Positions 1 to 8,676 of a DNA stretch of 64,000 nt are shown here, in pieces. Where the stretch lies: IMG/VR virus record IMGVR_UViG_3300009183_000092, one strand, 5' to 3'. The notes under the pieces are model-generated. The model was not told the DNA's origin. It ran no database searches and saw nothing but the letters and a program-made list of their open reading frames with translations. The stretch comes from an uncultured virus (IMG/VR IMGVR_UViG_3300009183_000092) (lineage: Duplodnaviria; Heunggongvirae; Uroviricota; Caudoviricetes). Positions within the stretch are counted from its first letter, which is position 1. Every line of letters starts with the position of its first letter. Both the position numbers and the translations under genes were made by a program.

Positions 1-124
1 ATTTAACATAATATTTATTATTGGATTATTTTACATATTCTAGCAATCTCTACACTTTAATTAATTAAAGTGTAGAGATTGCTAGAATATGTAAAATAAT
101 CCAATAATAAATATTATGTTAAAT
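1..124. repeat. Perfect 124-bp palindrome (62-bp arms, no spacer)
   Basis: Base i is complementary to base 125-i throughout; centre CTTTAATT|AATTAAAG at 62/63. Confidence 0.97.
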
Positions 125-173
125 AAGGCATGTGCGTATATAATACTCATAAACGCGGAGTCTTGGGCGAGGT

Positions 174-632
174 CTATTCTTTGGGAAGAGGTAAAGTAAG
201 AACTTGTTCGTAATCTTTTAATGTAATTTCTATCCATCCTAGTTCAAAGTCAACCCATCTTTTCTGGACTTCTAAGTGCGCTATTTGTTTATCTTCTTTC
301 ATTAGGGAATCTAAGAAAGCCTTTTGTAGGTTGTCTATGTCTGGTTTTGATTGGTGGAATCTTCCATGATATAGTTTCTTTTTTTTCTTTGACCAGGAGC
401 GAGGAACCGGAATTACAAATGTTATTGAAGCTCCAATCGGAGGCATCGTAAAGGATTTTCTTTTTGCTTCGGATGCAAGATCAATTTTGTATTTGTTATA
501 CCTCTCTAATCTCATTAGTCTTTTAAGACCGGCTGGGCGTAACTTTTCTCTTGGTATTCTAAAGAATATTGAATCACCTTGAGTTGCCCTTACGTGAGTT
601 TGAGGAGTTATGTTAAGAGTTACCTTTCTCAT
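174..632 (-). CDS. rusA: RusA-family Holliday junction resolvase
   Basis: PRSWSKKKK and KPDIDNLQKAFLDSL..ED..I motifs typical of RusA. Confidence 0.88.
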   Translation of the reverse strand: MRKVTLNITPQTHVRATQGDSIFFRIPREKLRPAGLKRLMRLERYNKYKIDLASEAKRKSFTMPPIGASITFVIPVPRSWSKKKKKLYHGRFHQSKPDIDNLQKAFLDSLMKEDKQIAHLEVQKRWVDFELGWIEITLKDYEQVLTLPLPKE

Positions 633-795
633 AAGCTATACCAGCGATGGTTTTTATTTCGGTTTTTTGTTTAGCTAAATACCTTTCTAAAATATCCTCT
701 ACTGTTTTACTTAATGACCATTTTTTCTTTTCTGCTAAAAGTTGTAGTTTAGTGTAACTTTCTTCTGATAATGTAATTGTTATTCTTTTCTTCAT
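613..795 (-). CDS. Ribbon-helix-helix (CopG/Arc-like) DNA-binding protein
   Basis: KRITITLSEESY..L..LA...SLS..VE pattern. Confidence 0.75.
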   Translation of the reverse strand: MKKRITITLSEESYTKLQLLAEKKKWSLSKTVEDILERYLAKQKTEIKTIAGIAYEKGNS

Positions 796-838
796 GTGAT
801 GATGTTTGATGCAATTTACATCACAATGGTGAAAGCAA

Positions 839-865
839 CAAAAAAACCTCCTTTTTTAAGGGAGG
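839..865 (-). terminator. Putative intrinsic terminator after 901..1092
   Basis: CCTCC/GGAGG stem followed by a U-run on the minus strand. Confidence 0.5.
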
Positions 866-900
866 CTAAGTAAAAGAAAGAAAACATAAAATCTACAAAC

Positions 901-1092
901 CTACTTTTTTCTAGCCATTGCTGATAGCTTAGAGAATTTCTTTGCACCGTATTTTTTACGGCCTATAGAGGCTGCTATTGCGGCTCCAACCTCTTTAGCA
1001 TGTTCTGGGTTCATTCCTTTCTTTTCGTATGATTTTGCCGCTTTATTTTCAATTGTAGCGAATCTTTCACCTGACCCCAACTTTGGTTTCAT
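901..1092 (-). CDS. Small lysine-rich phage protein
   Basis: LGSGERF...A.AA.IGRKKYG pattern common in small basic phage proteins. Confidence 0.7.
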   Translation of the reverse strand: MKPKLGSGERFATIENKAAKSYEKKGMNPEHAKEVGAAIAASIGRKKYGAKKFSKLSAMARKK

Positions 1093-1104
1093 TTTACATT
1101 TTGT

Positions 1105-1476
1105 TTATTGGTTTTTTAACTGGCCTTTCTTATTTTCAGCAATTTTTTCAATATATGTTTTTATATCAGATAAATGTTCTGGTTTCAAAGTTTCTTTTAT
1201 ATGTTTATCTATAAATTGTTTAACATCTATATTTTTATCATAAGCTTCTAAACCAACTTTGCCTAATCTTTCCTTAGTTTCTTCGTCCATGCTACGATAA
1301 GGTTTTATGTTATCTATTAATTTATTAGCTGATTTTTCTGCTTCATTTATATTTTTCAATATTTTTGATTTTTTTTCTTCATCAGGCGCTTTTAATGAAG
1401 TATTTTTCATGTCATATTTGGCTTTCATTGATGACAATTTTTTACCAATAGTAGAATTTATTTTTTGAGGTACCAT
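1105..1476 (-). CDS. Hypothetical protein
   Basis: 123-aa ORF with an upstream TATATTTG box. Confidence 0.6.
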   Translation of the reverse strand: MVPQKINSTIGKKLSSMKAKYDMKNTSLKAPDEEKKSKILKNINEAEKSANKLIDNIKPYRSMDEETKERLGKVGLEAYDKNIDVKQFIDKHIKETLKPEHLSDIKTYIEKIAENKKGQLKNQ

Positions 1477-1495
1477 AATTAATTTATTTAATCAC

Positions 1496-1503
1496 CAAAT
1501 ATA
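1496..1503 (-). promoter_or_regulatory. Bacteroidota-type -7 promoter box (TATATTTG)
   Basis: Matches TAnnTTTG, 20 nt upstream of the ORF start at 1476. Confidence 0.6.
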
Positions 1504-1820
1504 CGAAATATTTACCACCACAACCACCAATTATATTAGAAAAAAAACCGCAAAGTTCTACATCAACACTTGCTGAAAGGTCCCGACCATAAAAATTCGC
1601 CCCCACTTTTTTGGGGTTTCGCGCTCCCTAGCACCGAGTACCCTCGCTCATGGGTTGCCCTATGACCTACCTTGCAATCCTTTGTTGGCGTTGGTTTATG
1701 GGGTTGGGACATGGACATGGTTATGGTCATGGTGTCTTGCAATTGCTTACCTTATTTGCATTGGTTATATGTTGGTTGGTATGTTAAGGAAGGGGGGGGA
1801 TGTGGGGAAATATTTGGTTA

Positions 1821-1893
1821 ATCGTAACAGAACACCTACCTTTATCGTAACAAATCACTTAATCGTAACACATAATCGTAACAAATCGTAACA
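1821..1893 (+). repeat. Five direct repeats of ATCGTAACA
   Basis: Copies at 1821, 1844, 1862, 1875 and 1885. Confidence 0.9.
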
Positions 1894-1894
1894 C

Positions 1895-2158
1895 ATGAAA
1901 AACAGAACACCTTTTTGTATTTATTGCGGAGAAAGAATGGAAAGTCAAACATCCAAAAAAAAGTTTTGCTCAGACAAGTGTAGAGTTTATTTTCATAGGA
2001 AGTACCCAAATGGCAATACTATTTCTCCGGTAGAATTAGCCTCAAAATTGGCAGATAATGCCAAAGTGGTAGAAATACCTGTTGAAAAAGAAAAAACGCC
2101 TCCTGAAGGCTTAAAAGGGATAGATTTAGTTATTTGGAAAGCCGAGAACTGGAAATAA
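1895..2158 (+). CDS. Zinc-finger protein (CxxCG...FCSxxCR)
   Basis: CIYCG...KKFCSDKCRV. Confidence 0.75.
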   Translation: MKNRTPFCIYCGERMESQTSKKKFCSDKCRVYFHRKYPNGNTISPVELASKLADNAKVVEIPVEKEKTPPEGLKGIDLVIWKAENWK

Positions 2159-2174
2159 TTCGTATCTTAGCGGT

Positions 2175-2408
2175 ATGTTAAAGTCAATGAAGAAAACTTT
2201 TTATTCCGGTGGTGAAAAACATATAGTCTATAAAAAGACTAAAAACATTGGCAAAGGAGAAGTTGGGGATATAATTGTGAACCACCCTACAAAAGATAAA
2301 GGGAAGTGGGACACTATTGATTTGACTAAAATAGCTAATTCTAAAACAGTTGCACAAGGTATAGCTGCTACAAAGAAATGGCATAAAGAAAATCCATATG
2401 AAAAGTAA
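2175..2408 (+). CDS. Hypothetical basic protein
   Basis: 77-aa ORF, tightly packed in operon. Confidence 0.65.
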   Translation: MLKSMKKTFYSGGEKHIVYKKTKNIGKGEVGDIIVNHPTKDKGKWDTIDLTKIANSKTVAQGIAATKKWHKENPYEK

Positions 2409-2553
2409 ATTAAAAATGATGAAACGAGCTGATGGTTCAACCTCTCCTCGTGGTTTATGGGATAATATTCGTGCGGCTGCTGGTTCAGGTAAAAAGCCTA
2501 CACCAGAAATGCTGAAACAAGAAAAGAAAATTAAAGCACAAGAAAAAAAGTAA
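2398..2553 (+). CDS. Small basic protein (GLWDNI motif), missed by ORF track
   Basis: Manual translation MKSKLKMMKRADGSTSPRGLWDNIRAAAGSGKKPTPEMLKQEKKIKAQEKK*. Confidence 0.7.
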   Translation: MKSKLKMMKRADGSTSPRGLWDNIRAAAGSGKKPTPEMLKQEKKIKAQEKK

Positions 2554-2556
2554 ATT

Positions 2557-2841
2557 ATGTCTGGAGCTTGGCAAAGAAAAGAAGGTAAAAATCCTGAAGG
2601 TGGATTAAATCAAAAAGGTCGTGATTCTTATAACAAAGAACATGGTGGTCATTTAAAAGCTCCTGTTAAAGAAGGAACTAATCCAAGAAGAGTTTCTTTT
2701 GCAGCTAGATTTGCTGGTATTAAAGGAGCTATGAAAAAACCTAATGGTGAACCAACTCGTAAAGCTTTAGCATTAAAGGCATGGGGCTTTGGAAGTGTTG
2801 AAGCTGCTAGAAAATTTGCCAATGCTCACAAAAAATCGTAA
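2557..2841 (+). CDS. DUF6321-like small basic phage protein
   Basis: AWQRKEGKNPEGGLN...LKAPV...RR.SF.AR motif. Confidence 0.75.
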   Translation: MSGAWQRKEGKNPEGGLNQKGRDSYNKEHGGHLKAPVKEGTNPRRVSFAARFAGIKGAMKKPNGEPTRKALALKAWGFGSVEAARKFANAHKKS

Positions 2842-2862
2842 ATTAGCACAAAATATAAGTAT

Positions 2863-3660
2863 ATGGCAATAGATATTATGCAAAGAGTTAACCCATCTGG
2901 AGACCCAGAAAAAGGCGTTAAAGTACCCGGCACAGGATTAGTTTTATATCCAGGTGGAACTCAAAAAACACCAACAGGATTGAGTAATGCATTTTCAGCA
3001 TCTGGTTTAACTGCGGAAGATTTATTGGCATATGCTAAAAAATATAATCTTCCAACAACGTCTAATAAAGAGTTTCAACAAGCTCAATATGATATGTTAA
3101 CGCAAACACCAGAGGGAAGAGATGCATTAAAATCAATGATAGTTAAATATGGCGCTCCAAAATCCGGCATATATGCAGATGGCATGCTTGGAGCAAGAAC
3201 GGTTGACATGATGTTTGCGACTCCATCAAGACCAATGGAAGAGCCGGTAAGATATGATATGAAATATAATAACCCAATATTACCAGCTCCTGATATGCCC
3301 AACATTACTCCTCAACCTATTACTAAAACAGGTGAGCCAAGTTGGCAAGACCCAAGAATATCACCTGCGGAAAGAAGAGACATATATGAAAGAACTATAA
3401 ATGGTATAATTTTAGAACAAAAAGATAAAAAGAGAAATGAAGATGAAAGAGAATATTTTATGAAATATGGCAAATATCCGGAACAAAATACTATTGCAGA
3501 TGACTGGTATGCTCCAGGGGGAATGCTTGGCTGGAACGGAAAAGGGGAAGCCCCTAAATGGTATAATTTTAGAAGGAAAGCAATGGCTAAAAAGAATATA
3601 GAGCAGTTTAAAAGAAATATTAATAGGGGTAAGAATTGGTATGATGCTCAAGATTTATAA
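2863..3660 (+). CDS. Hypothetical protein with possible peptidoglycan-binding-like DGxxGxRT motif
   Basis: ADGMLGART. Confidence 0.55.
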   Translation: MAIDIMQRVNPSGDPEKGVKVPGTGLVLYPGGTQKTPTGLSNAFSASGLTAEDLLAYAKKYNLPTTSNKEFQQAQYDMLTQTPEGRDALKSMIVKYGAPKSGIYADGMLGARTVDMMFATPSRPMEEPVRYDMKYNNPILPAPDMPNITPQPITKTGEPSWQDPRISPAERRDIYERTINGIILEQKDKKRNEDEREYFMKYGKYPEQNTIADDWYAPGGMLGWNGKGEAPKWYNFRRKAMAKKNIEQFKRNINRGKNWYDAQDL

Positions 3661-3672
3661 AAATTATACACA

Positions 3673-4692
3673 ATGGCATTAAGTAGTATGAAAGGTTCAA
3701 AACCAGACCCAAGAGAGAAAAAAAATCAAGCTGCCGATAAGCAGCAAATAATTGATTGGTATAATAAATATTATAAATCTCCTTTTTTCAAACAACAATT
3801 ATATGATAAAGGTAATGGAGGTTTCCCAAATCAATCAGATGCCGTAAGTAAACAAACATTAGAAGGCATAAATAATTTAACATATACGTTTGATGATCAA
3901 TACCCATCAGGGCAAAGAAAACTAACTCAAATTGTTGATAGGAATATTAATATGGGTGATCCAAACTTTTATGAAAATCAATCAAAATCTTCCGCATTGG
4001 CTCATGAAGTAGGTCATTATAATGACCAAGAAATACTTGCACATCAACCTAGGAATTTATTTATAATGCTTGACAGGAACAATGCTAGAAGTACAGGCCC
4101 TAATAGAAAGAATGATGCAAAATATATGTTAGAAAGAGCAAGTGAAAATATACCTCGTTATTCTGATGGGACACCAATGTATAATTTCCCAACTACTGGT
4201 GATTATAGATTATCTAATTTAAGGGATTGGACACTTCGTGAAGCTAATAAATCTGTTCATGGCGCACATGATAATCTTGTAACAGAACAAAGAGCTGATA
4301 TAATGGCTTTAAGATATTTGGCTGCTAAATATAAAATATGGGATGCAGCTGAAAATAAGCCTGGATCGTTTACTCCTGAAATGTTAGATAAATTATATAA
4401 GTTAGGAGAAGTAAATACACCAAGATGGCAGCGTGGATGGCAGGAGGGTACTACGCAACAGACATTACCAAGTGAAAGAAGTTTAAAAAAGGGAGATTTA
4501 CCAAATGTAGCACCTCCTAAAAAACCTGGATTATTAATAGATAGATTAAGAAGCACATTTAAAGATAGTGATTTATTATATTTAATGAATAATTTAGCTA
4601 AAAATAACCCAGCCAAAAATAATAAAAATATTTTACAAGAAAATACTCCTAATTATTTGCAATCAATGAGAAATACTAATTATAGTTCATAA
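3673..4692 (+). CDS. Putative zincin-like metallopeptidase
   Basis: ALAHEVGH (HExxH) with downstream EQRAD. Confidence 0.6.
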   Translation: MALSSMKGSKPDPREKKNQAADKQQIIDWYNKYYKSPFFKQQLYDKGNGGFPNQSDAVSKQTLEGINNLTYTFDDQYPSGQRKLTQIVDRNINMGDPNFYENQSKSSALAHEVGHYNDQEILAHQPRNLFIMLDRNNARSTGPNRKNDAKYMLERASENIPRYSDGTPMYNFPTTGDYRLSNLRDWTLREANKSVHGAHDNLVTEQRADIMALRYLAAKYKIWDAAENKPGSFTPEMLDKLYKLGEVNTPRWQRGWQEGTTQQTLPSERSLKKGDLPNVAPPKKPGLLIDRLRSTFKDSDLLYLMNNLAKNNPAKNNKNILQENTPNYLQSMRNTNYSS

Positions 4693-4693
4693 A

Positions 4694-4786
4694 CTATTTA
4701 TCCTTATCTTCAAAAGGAGCATTGTACATTTCGTAAGAAAGCCACGCTATTACAGCCATTAGTATAAAAATTATTATGTATATCAT
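4694..4786 (-). CDS. 30-aa single-pass membrane peptide
   Basis: Manual translation MIYIIIFILMAVIAWLSYEMYNAPFEDKDK*. Confidence 0.5.
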   Translation of the reverse strand: MIYIIIFILMAVIAWLSYEMYNAPFEDKDK

Positions 4787-4800
4787 AATTTATGTTTTTG

Positions 4801-4872
4801 TTACTGGTCAAGGATTTGAACCTTGAATGACAGAATCAAAATCTGTAGTGTTGCCAATTACACCAACCAGCA
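4801..4872 (-). tRNA. tRNA-Gln(UUG), CCA not encoded
   Basis: Acceptor TGCTGGT/ACCAGTA, D-arm GTGTAATTGGCAACAC, anticodon arm ACAGA-TTTTGAT-TCTGT, T-loop GTTCAAATC. Confidence 0.93.
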
Positions 4873-4880
4873 TAAATATT

Positions 4881-5144
4881 TTAAGAAGGCGCTTGATCTT
4901 CTAATATTTTCTTACCTGCATCTGATAATGGTCTTGAAAATAATCTAAGTTTTTTACCAGTATTAGGGCATACGAAAGTAATACCTGCATCTTGGTAAGC
5001 TTTTAGTACTATTTCTAATCCACCGTTTCCATCAGGGCTTGCACCTACTACGTGTGGTTCATCATAATCAAATTGCATACAGAAATCACATCCTTCTGTA
5101 TAAACTTGTATTTCTTTTGGTATCTCTGCTTTTTTCTTTGCCAT
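4881..5144 (-). CDS. Hypothetical protein
   Basis: 87-aa ORF in a contiguous minus-strand operon. Confidence 0.7.
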   Translation of the reverse strand: MAKKKAEIPKEIQVYTEGCDFCMQFDYDEPHVVGASPDGNGGLEIVLKAYQDAGITFVCPNTGKKLRLFSRPLSDAGKKILEDQAPS

Positions 5145-5145
5145 T

Positions 5146-5514
5146 TTATTTTTCGTTTATTTCGTTTATATCAATTATTTTAACCTCTTCTCCGTTTATT
5201 AATGCATCTAATGTAGATTCAATCATATCTCTTTGGTCTGGGGTTAACAATGCTACCTTTTCAATAATCGCTGGTACTGCAAATACATCACTTGCTATTT
5301 CATTCTTAATACCAATTCTAACTTCTTCTGTTACAAATGGGTTTGTTATTAAATCACTAAATATCCATCCTATTTTATCACTATATTTTTTAAATAACCT
5401 TGAACCTTGTGAATTAGGGTATTGTCTGCAAAAATCCTCAAATTGTTCTTGAGCCATTTTTAAATTTTGAATGGCATTTATGATGTTTGCACCATTGTTA
5501 ACTTCAGGATTCAT
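5146..5514 (-). CDS. Hypothetical protein
   Basis: 122-aa ORF in operon. Confidence 0.7.
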   Translation of the reverse strand: MNPEVNNGANIINAIQNLKMAQEQFEDFCRQYPNSQGSRLFKKYSDKIGWIFSDLITNPFVTEEVRIGIKNEIASDVFAVPAIIEKVALLTPDQRDMIESTLDALINGEEVKIIDINEINEK

Positions 5515-5515
5515 G

Positions 5516-6238
5516 TTATTTATTAAAGTTTAAGTGTGTTTCTTCTAATTCTCTTAGAAATTCTCTTGCTTTTTCTACTTTTTGTTGGATGCGCAAAATA
5601 TCATCCTCATTTCTTCCAACATTAAACATTAATACCCTTTCTTCTAATGAAATATCATCAAAAGACATGTTAAATTCAATCTTCATTGCTTCTTTTACAT
5701 ATTCCGGGCTTTCTTCAGTAGCCACATCCATCTTTTTAAGCATATAATACTTCTCTTGCTCAATGATATTCTCTGGAGTATTTACCAAACAATACGCAAT
5801 AACAGCGCTTTTTGCCCCTGTTAGCCACATATAAGACTGCATTTGCCAATGGTATAAACTATCTAACTTATCTGGTATATTACCAATAAATGTCCACAAA
5901 TCATAGCTAGATTTAATGTCTATTATTCTGTCATTATCAATAATATCTGGAAATCCAGTTATATAATCATTGGTAAATCTTTGATCATTCTTAGTAAATG
6001 GCATTTTTAAGTACATAGAAAGCAATTCAATTGAATCTTGCTCTACTTCTATACCTTTACGCATTTGTTTTGTTTGTATATCCTTTTTACGGCCATACTT
6101 TTCAGCTATATAAACATCTAATAAGTGTTTTTGGGCTGTTTTAGACAACAATCCGGCTTCTTTATCGGCTTTAGATTGTGGTTCGGTCATTAAATAACCT
6201 ACAGAGCTTGCTCTGATGTGGATGTCATTCCATTGCAT
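5516..6238 (-). CDS. YqaJ / lambda-exonuclease-like viral recombination nuclease
   Basis: IRASS, G..VE, G.PD....IIDIKSS and Y.WQMQSYMWLTG motifs. Confidence 0.85.
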   Translation of the reverse strand: MQWNDIHIRASSVGYLMTEPQSKADKEAGLLSKTAQKHLLDVYIAEKYGRKKDIQTKQMRKGIEVEQDSIELLSMYLKMPFTKNDQRFTNDYITGFPDIIDNDRIIDIKSSYDLWTFIGNIPDKLDSLYHWQMQSYMWLTGAKSAVIAYCLVNTPENIIEQEKYYMLKKMDVATEESPEYVKEAMKIEFNMSFDDISLEERVLMFNVGRNEDDILRIQQKVEKAREFLRELEETHLNFNK

Positions 6239-6240
6239 AG

Positions 6241-6618
6241 TTAAAGTGTTTTAAGTTTATTATTATAATGCTCTAGCAATTCAGGATTACTTTTACTCAT
6301 CAATTCCCAAGCTTTTAATTCTTCCTTTGTCTTGCAAGAATCAATAAATTCTTTTGTTTTTTGTGCCAAAGTTTTTTTTGATTGAGTAGGAATTACTTCT
6401 TCAGTAAGCAGATCATCATAATTAACGCCTAAATACTCAGCAAGTTCTTTTTGTCTAACAACATTTTTGTTATGATATTCTTCTACTAGTTCTCTTGCGT
6501 GGTCAAGAGCTTTATTGGCTGATTCGCCTTCATTAAGGGAAAATTCAACGCCAATTTTCTCAGAAGAATAATTACCTAAATTAAATGTTCTAGTGTAGTT
6601 AACGGTTTGGATGTGCAT
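6241..6618 (-). CDS. Hypothetical protein (NLGNY.SE family)
   Basis: TFNLGNYSSEKIGVE, adjacent to the exonuclease. Confidence 0.7.
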   Translation of the reverse strand: MHIQTVNYTRTFNLGNYSSEKIGVEFSLNEGESANKALDHARELVEEYHNKNVVRQKELAEYLGVNYDDLLTEEVIPTQSKKTLAQKTKEFIDSCKTKEELKAWELMSKSNPELLEHYNNKLKTL

Positions 6619-6630
6619 ATGTGTTGGTTT

Positions 6631-6828
6631 TTATTTTACTCTAGATACGGTGGTAATACCATCTACGTATTTAATTTTAAACAGCTTATCTTTATGGGCT
6701 TCTTTCTTTTTTAAATTAGAAACCATTACCATTACTGATGTATATGGGTTTTCAAAGCGTATATTTTCTCCTAATGTTAGTTCAGCAACCTTACTTGAAA
6801 CTGAATCTGGACTGATATTTCTTGCCAT
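6631..6828 (-). CDS. Small putative DNA-binding protein
   Basis: 65-aa basic ORF heading the operon. Confidence 0.55.
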   Translation of the reverse strand: MARNISPDSVSSKVAELTLGENIRFENPYTSVMVMVSNLKKKEAHKDKLFKIKYVDGITTVSRVK

Positions 6829-6895
6829 TTTTATATATTTTTTGTAAAATTAATTTAATTAATTTAATTAAAAAAATAAATTTAATTAAATTTCG

Positions 6896-6903
6896 TATAT
6901 TTG
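6896..6903 (+). promoter_or_regulatory. -7 promoter box (TATATTTG) with no downstream ORF
   Basis: TTTCGTATATTTG, same context as at 23098 and 30271. Confidence 0.6.
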
Positions 6904-6907
6904 TGCT

Positions 6908-6966
6908 GCATACAAGCAAGTGTTAACGGTTTAATCTCGCCCTTCGTTTCTACGAGGGGCTTTTTT
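6908..6966 (+). ncRNA. Candidate ~60-nt small RNA
   Basis: Promoter box followed by GCCCTTCGT-TTCT-ACGAGGGGC-T6 terminator, opposite to all flanking genes. Confidence 0.45.
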
Positions 6967-7116
6967 ATATCCTGTAACATATACATCAAAAATTTATAAT
7001 TTTGACACATGTTTTAATTTATCAATCAAAAAACCCACATTTTGACTTATTTATTGATTGATAAAAATCCCCCACAATAGAAATTGCAGGGGTATTTACT
7101 ATAAAAAACCACAAAC

Positions 7117-7656
7117 CTATTTTATAAATTTCTTTTTTACTAAATTTAACTTAGCTCTATATTCTAAAACTAAAGCTTTTAATTCTTCTCTTGTTGGTCT
7201 TATTGGTTGCCTAGCTGTTTCTCTTAAATATTCAACTACTGCATTATTTTCTGCATGTAATTTGTACTCAAATTCTTCAATGTTTCCTGTTTTAAAATAA
7301 TTACATTCCATACATTGTGGTCTGCAATTTTCTTCCATCCACCTGGTTCCTAAATTAGATCTTCCCATAAAATGGCCACATTGTATTTCTGCAATAGTGT
7401 GTTTATTTCCACAAGTATAACATTCTACAATGCCATTTTTATCAGCATGTTTATTTCTAATGTATTGGCTAAATACATGGTCTAAATCTTGTACTAAATT
7501 ATTGAAGCTTTCCGAATCATCTTCAAATTCATCCATTCGCTTTTGCGTAGAAGCTATGGTAGCGCATTGTTTACACATCTTTTTTGAAAAATGATAATCA
7601 ATGTTACCACAATTAATACAACGTTTTTTCTTAACTATTATTGTGCTATTTCTCAT
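7117..7656 (-). CDS. ninG: NinG-like recombination nuclease
   Basis: LD.VFSQYIR...CYTCG...QCGHF..R....TRW.E.N...QC.ECN. Confidence 0.8.
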   Translation of the reverse strand: MRNSTIIVKKKRCINCGNIDYHFSKKMCKQCATIASTQKRMDEFEDDSESFNNLVQDLDHVFSQYIRNKHADKNGIVECYTCGNKHTIAEIQCGHFMGRSNLGTRWMEENCRPQCMECNYFKTGNIEEFEYKLHAENNAVVEYLRETARQPIRPTREELKALVLEYRAKLNLVKKKFIK

Positions 7657-7945
7657 AATCTGTTATTCTAAAATTTAAAGGTATATTATCTTCATCCATA
7701 AACTTATTGCATTGTTCAATATTTATTTTGTAATATTCATTTATATCCATATCGGATTTTAAAAACATTTTATGTACATCACAAATATCTGGTCTATTAT
7801 CATAAACACTACATTTATTATCAATAAGCATTTCGCAAGAACCATCATCATTTGCATTATATGGAAACTCTTCTTCAGTTAAAAATTGTTTTACCGTTCC
7901 AACTCTTTTGCAACAGCAGCCACAACCAGTACATGGGAATTTCAT
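7646..7945 (-). CDS. YkgJ-family cysteine-cluster (CxxCxxCC) protein
   Basis: FPCTGCGCCC...C..L....CSVYDNRP.IC. Confidence 0.85.
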   Translation of the reverse strand: MKFPCTGCGCCCKRVGTVKQFLTEEEFPYNANDDGSCEMLIDNKCSVYDNRPDICDVHKMFLKSDMDINEYYKINIEQCNKFMDEDNIPLNFRITDYEK

Positions 7946-8142
7946 ATTTTTTCAAGTGAATTTTTTACATTACTCCAATAAAACATATCATCTGGACTTT
8001 CTTTATATAAATCAATTTGATTTTGAACATGAGCTATAGCATCATTTTTTGCTTTAATTAATCTGTTTTCAAAATCTGTTACTCTGTCTTTTAAAAAAAA
8101 GTTTAAGTATATTTTTATTGCTTTTGTTTGGTATGCTTCCAT
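7942..8142 (-). CDS. Hypothetical protein
   Basis: YW.NVK..LEKI C-terminal motif; overlapping start/stop. Confidence 0.65.
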   Translation of the reverse strand: MEAYQTKAIKIYLNFFLKDRVTDFENRLIKAKNDAIAHVQNQIDLYKESPDDMFYWSNVKNSLEKI

Positions 8143-8143
8143 A

Positions 8144-8326
8144 TTAAAATGCTATTATTACTCCTTCTTTTTTCTTTTGTTTAGATGCTCTATTTTTTAA
8201 TACTGAACATGGTTTGCATTGATAATATTTACCATAAATGGCGTAATTATCTCTTGAAAATTCATTTATCGGTTTTTCTATCTTGCACGTTGCGCATTTC
8301 TTGGTTATTGTTACTTCCTGGTTCAT
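8144..8326 (-). CDS. Zn-ribbon protein (KKCxxC..EK....F...CKxC)
   Basis: KKCATCKIEKPINEF...CKPC. Confidence 0.7.
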   Translation of the reverse strand: MNQEVTITKKCATCKIEKPINEFSRDNYAIYGKYYQCKPCSVLKNRASKQKKKEGVIIAF

Positions 8327-8450
8327 TTAATTTATGCAGTTTATTGTTTATGAATCTGAATTTACCTATATATTCTCCTTTCTTTGTTACTTCAATTACC
8401 ATGTCTAATCTTCTAGCCATTTCATATATCAATTCTCTATTTTCCATCAT
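8262..8450 (-). CDS. Hypothetical protein
   Basis: 62-aa ORF in operon. Confidence 0.55.
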   Translation of the reverse strand: MMENRELIYEMARRLDMVIEVTKKGEYIGKFRFINNKLHKLNEPGSNNNQEMRNVQDRKTDK

Positions 8451-8676
8451 TAGTTTTATATTCTTGTAAATATTTTTTATAAATATTTTCTATTTCAATT
8501 CCTGTTTCACGCCAAAAATTAGACAAAATACCTTGCCTAGATAATTCGTTTTGAACTTCAAAAACCAATTTTAATGCACAATTTCTACCATGATCAAAAT
8601 TAATTGTATAAGCCCCATCTTTAGGTACTACCATAAATTGATTTAATAATGTTTCAGCTTTTTCAAATGATGTCAT
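8437..8676 (-). CDS. Hypothetical protein
   Basis: 79-aa ORF downstream of a minus-strand TATCTTTG box (8691-8698). Confidence 0.6.
   Translation of the reverse strand: MTSFEKAETLLNQFMVVPKDGAYTINFDHGRNCALKLVFEVQNELSRQGILSNFWRETGIEIENIYKKYLQEYKTNDGK

Noticed and set aside
1595..1660. Hammerhead-like AUGAG...CGAAAC on the minus strand
   Set aside because: Core reads CCCAUGA rather than CUGAnGA and there is no NUH triplet after the stem; kept only as part of a hairpin-rich island.
1655..1891. 78-aa plus-strand ORF
   Set aside because: TTG start, runs through a G-skewed tract and the repeat array; composition unlike real genes here.
4694..4872. Suppressor tRNA, stop-codon recoding or tRNA-linked theta ribozyme
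   Set aside because: Anticodon is UUG (Gln), long genes are intact in the standard code, and the tRNA trailer is a small ORF without an HDV-like fold.
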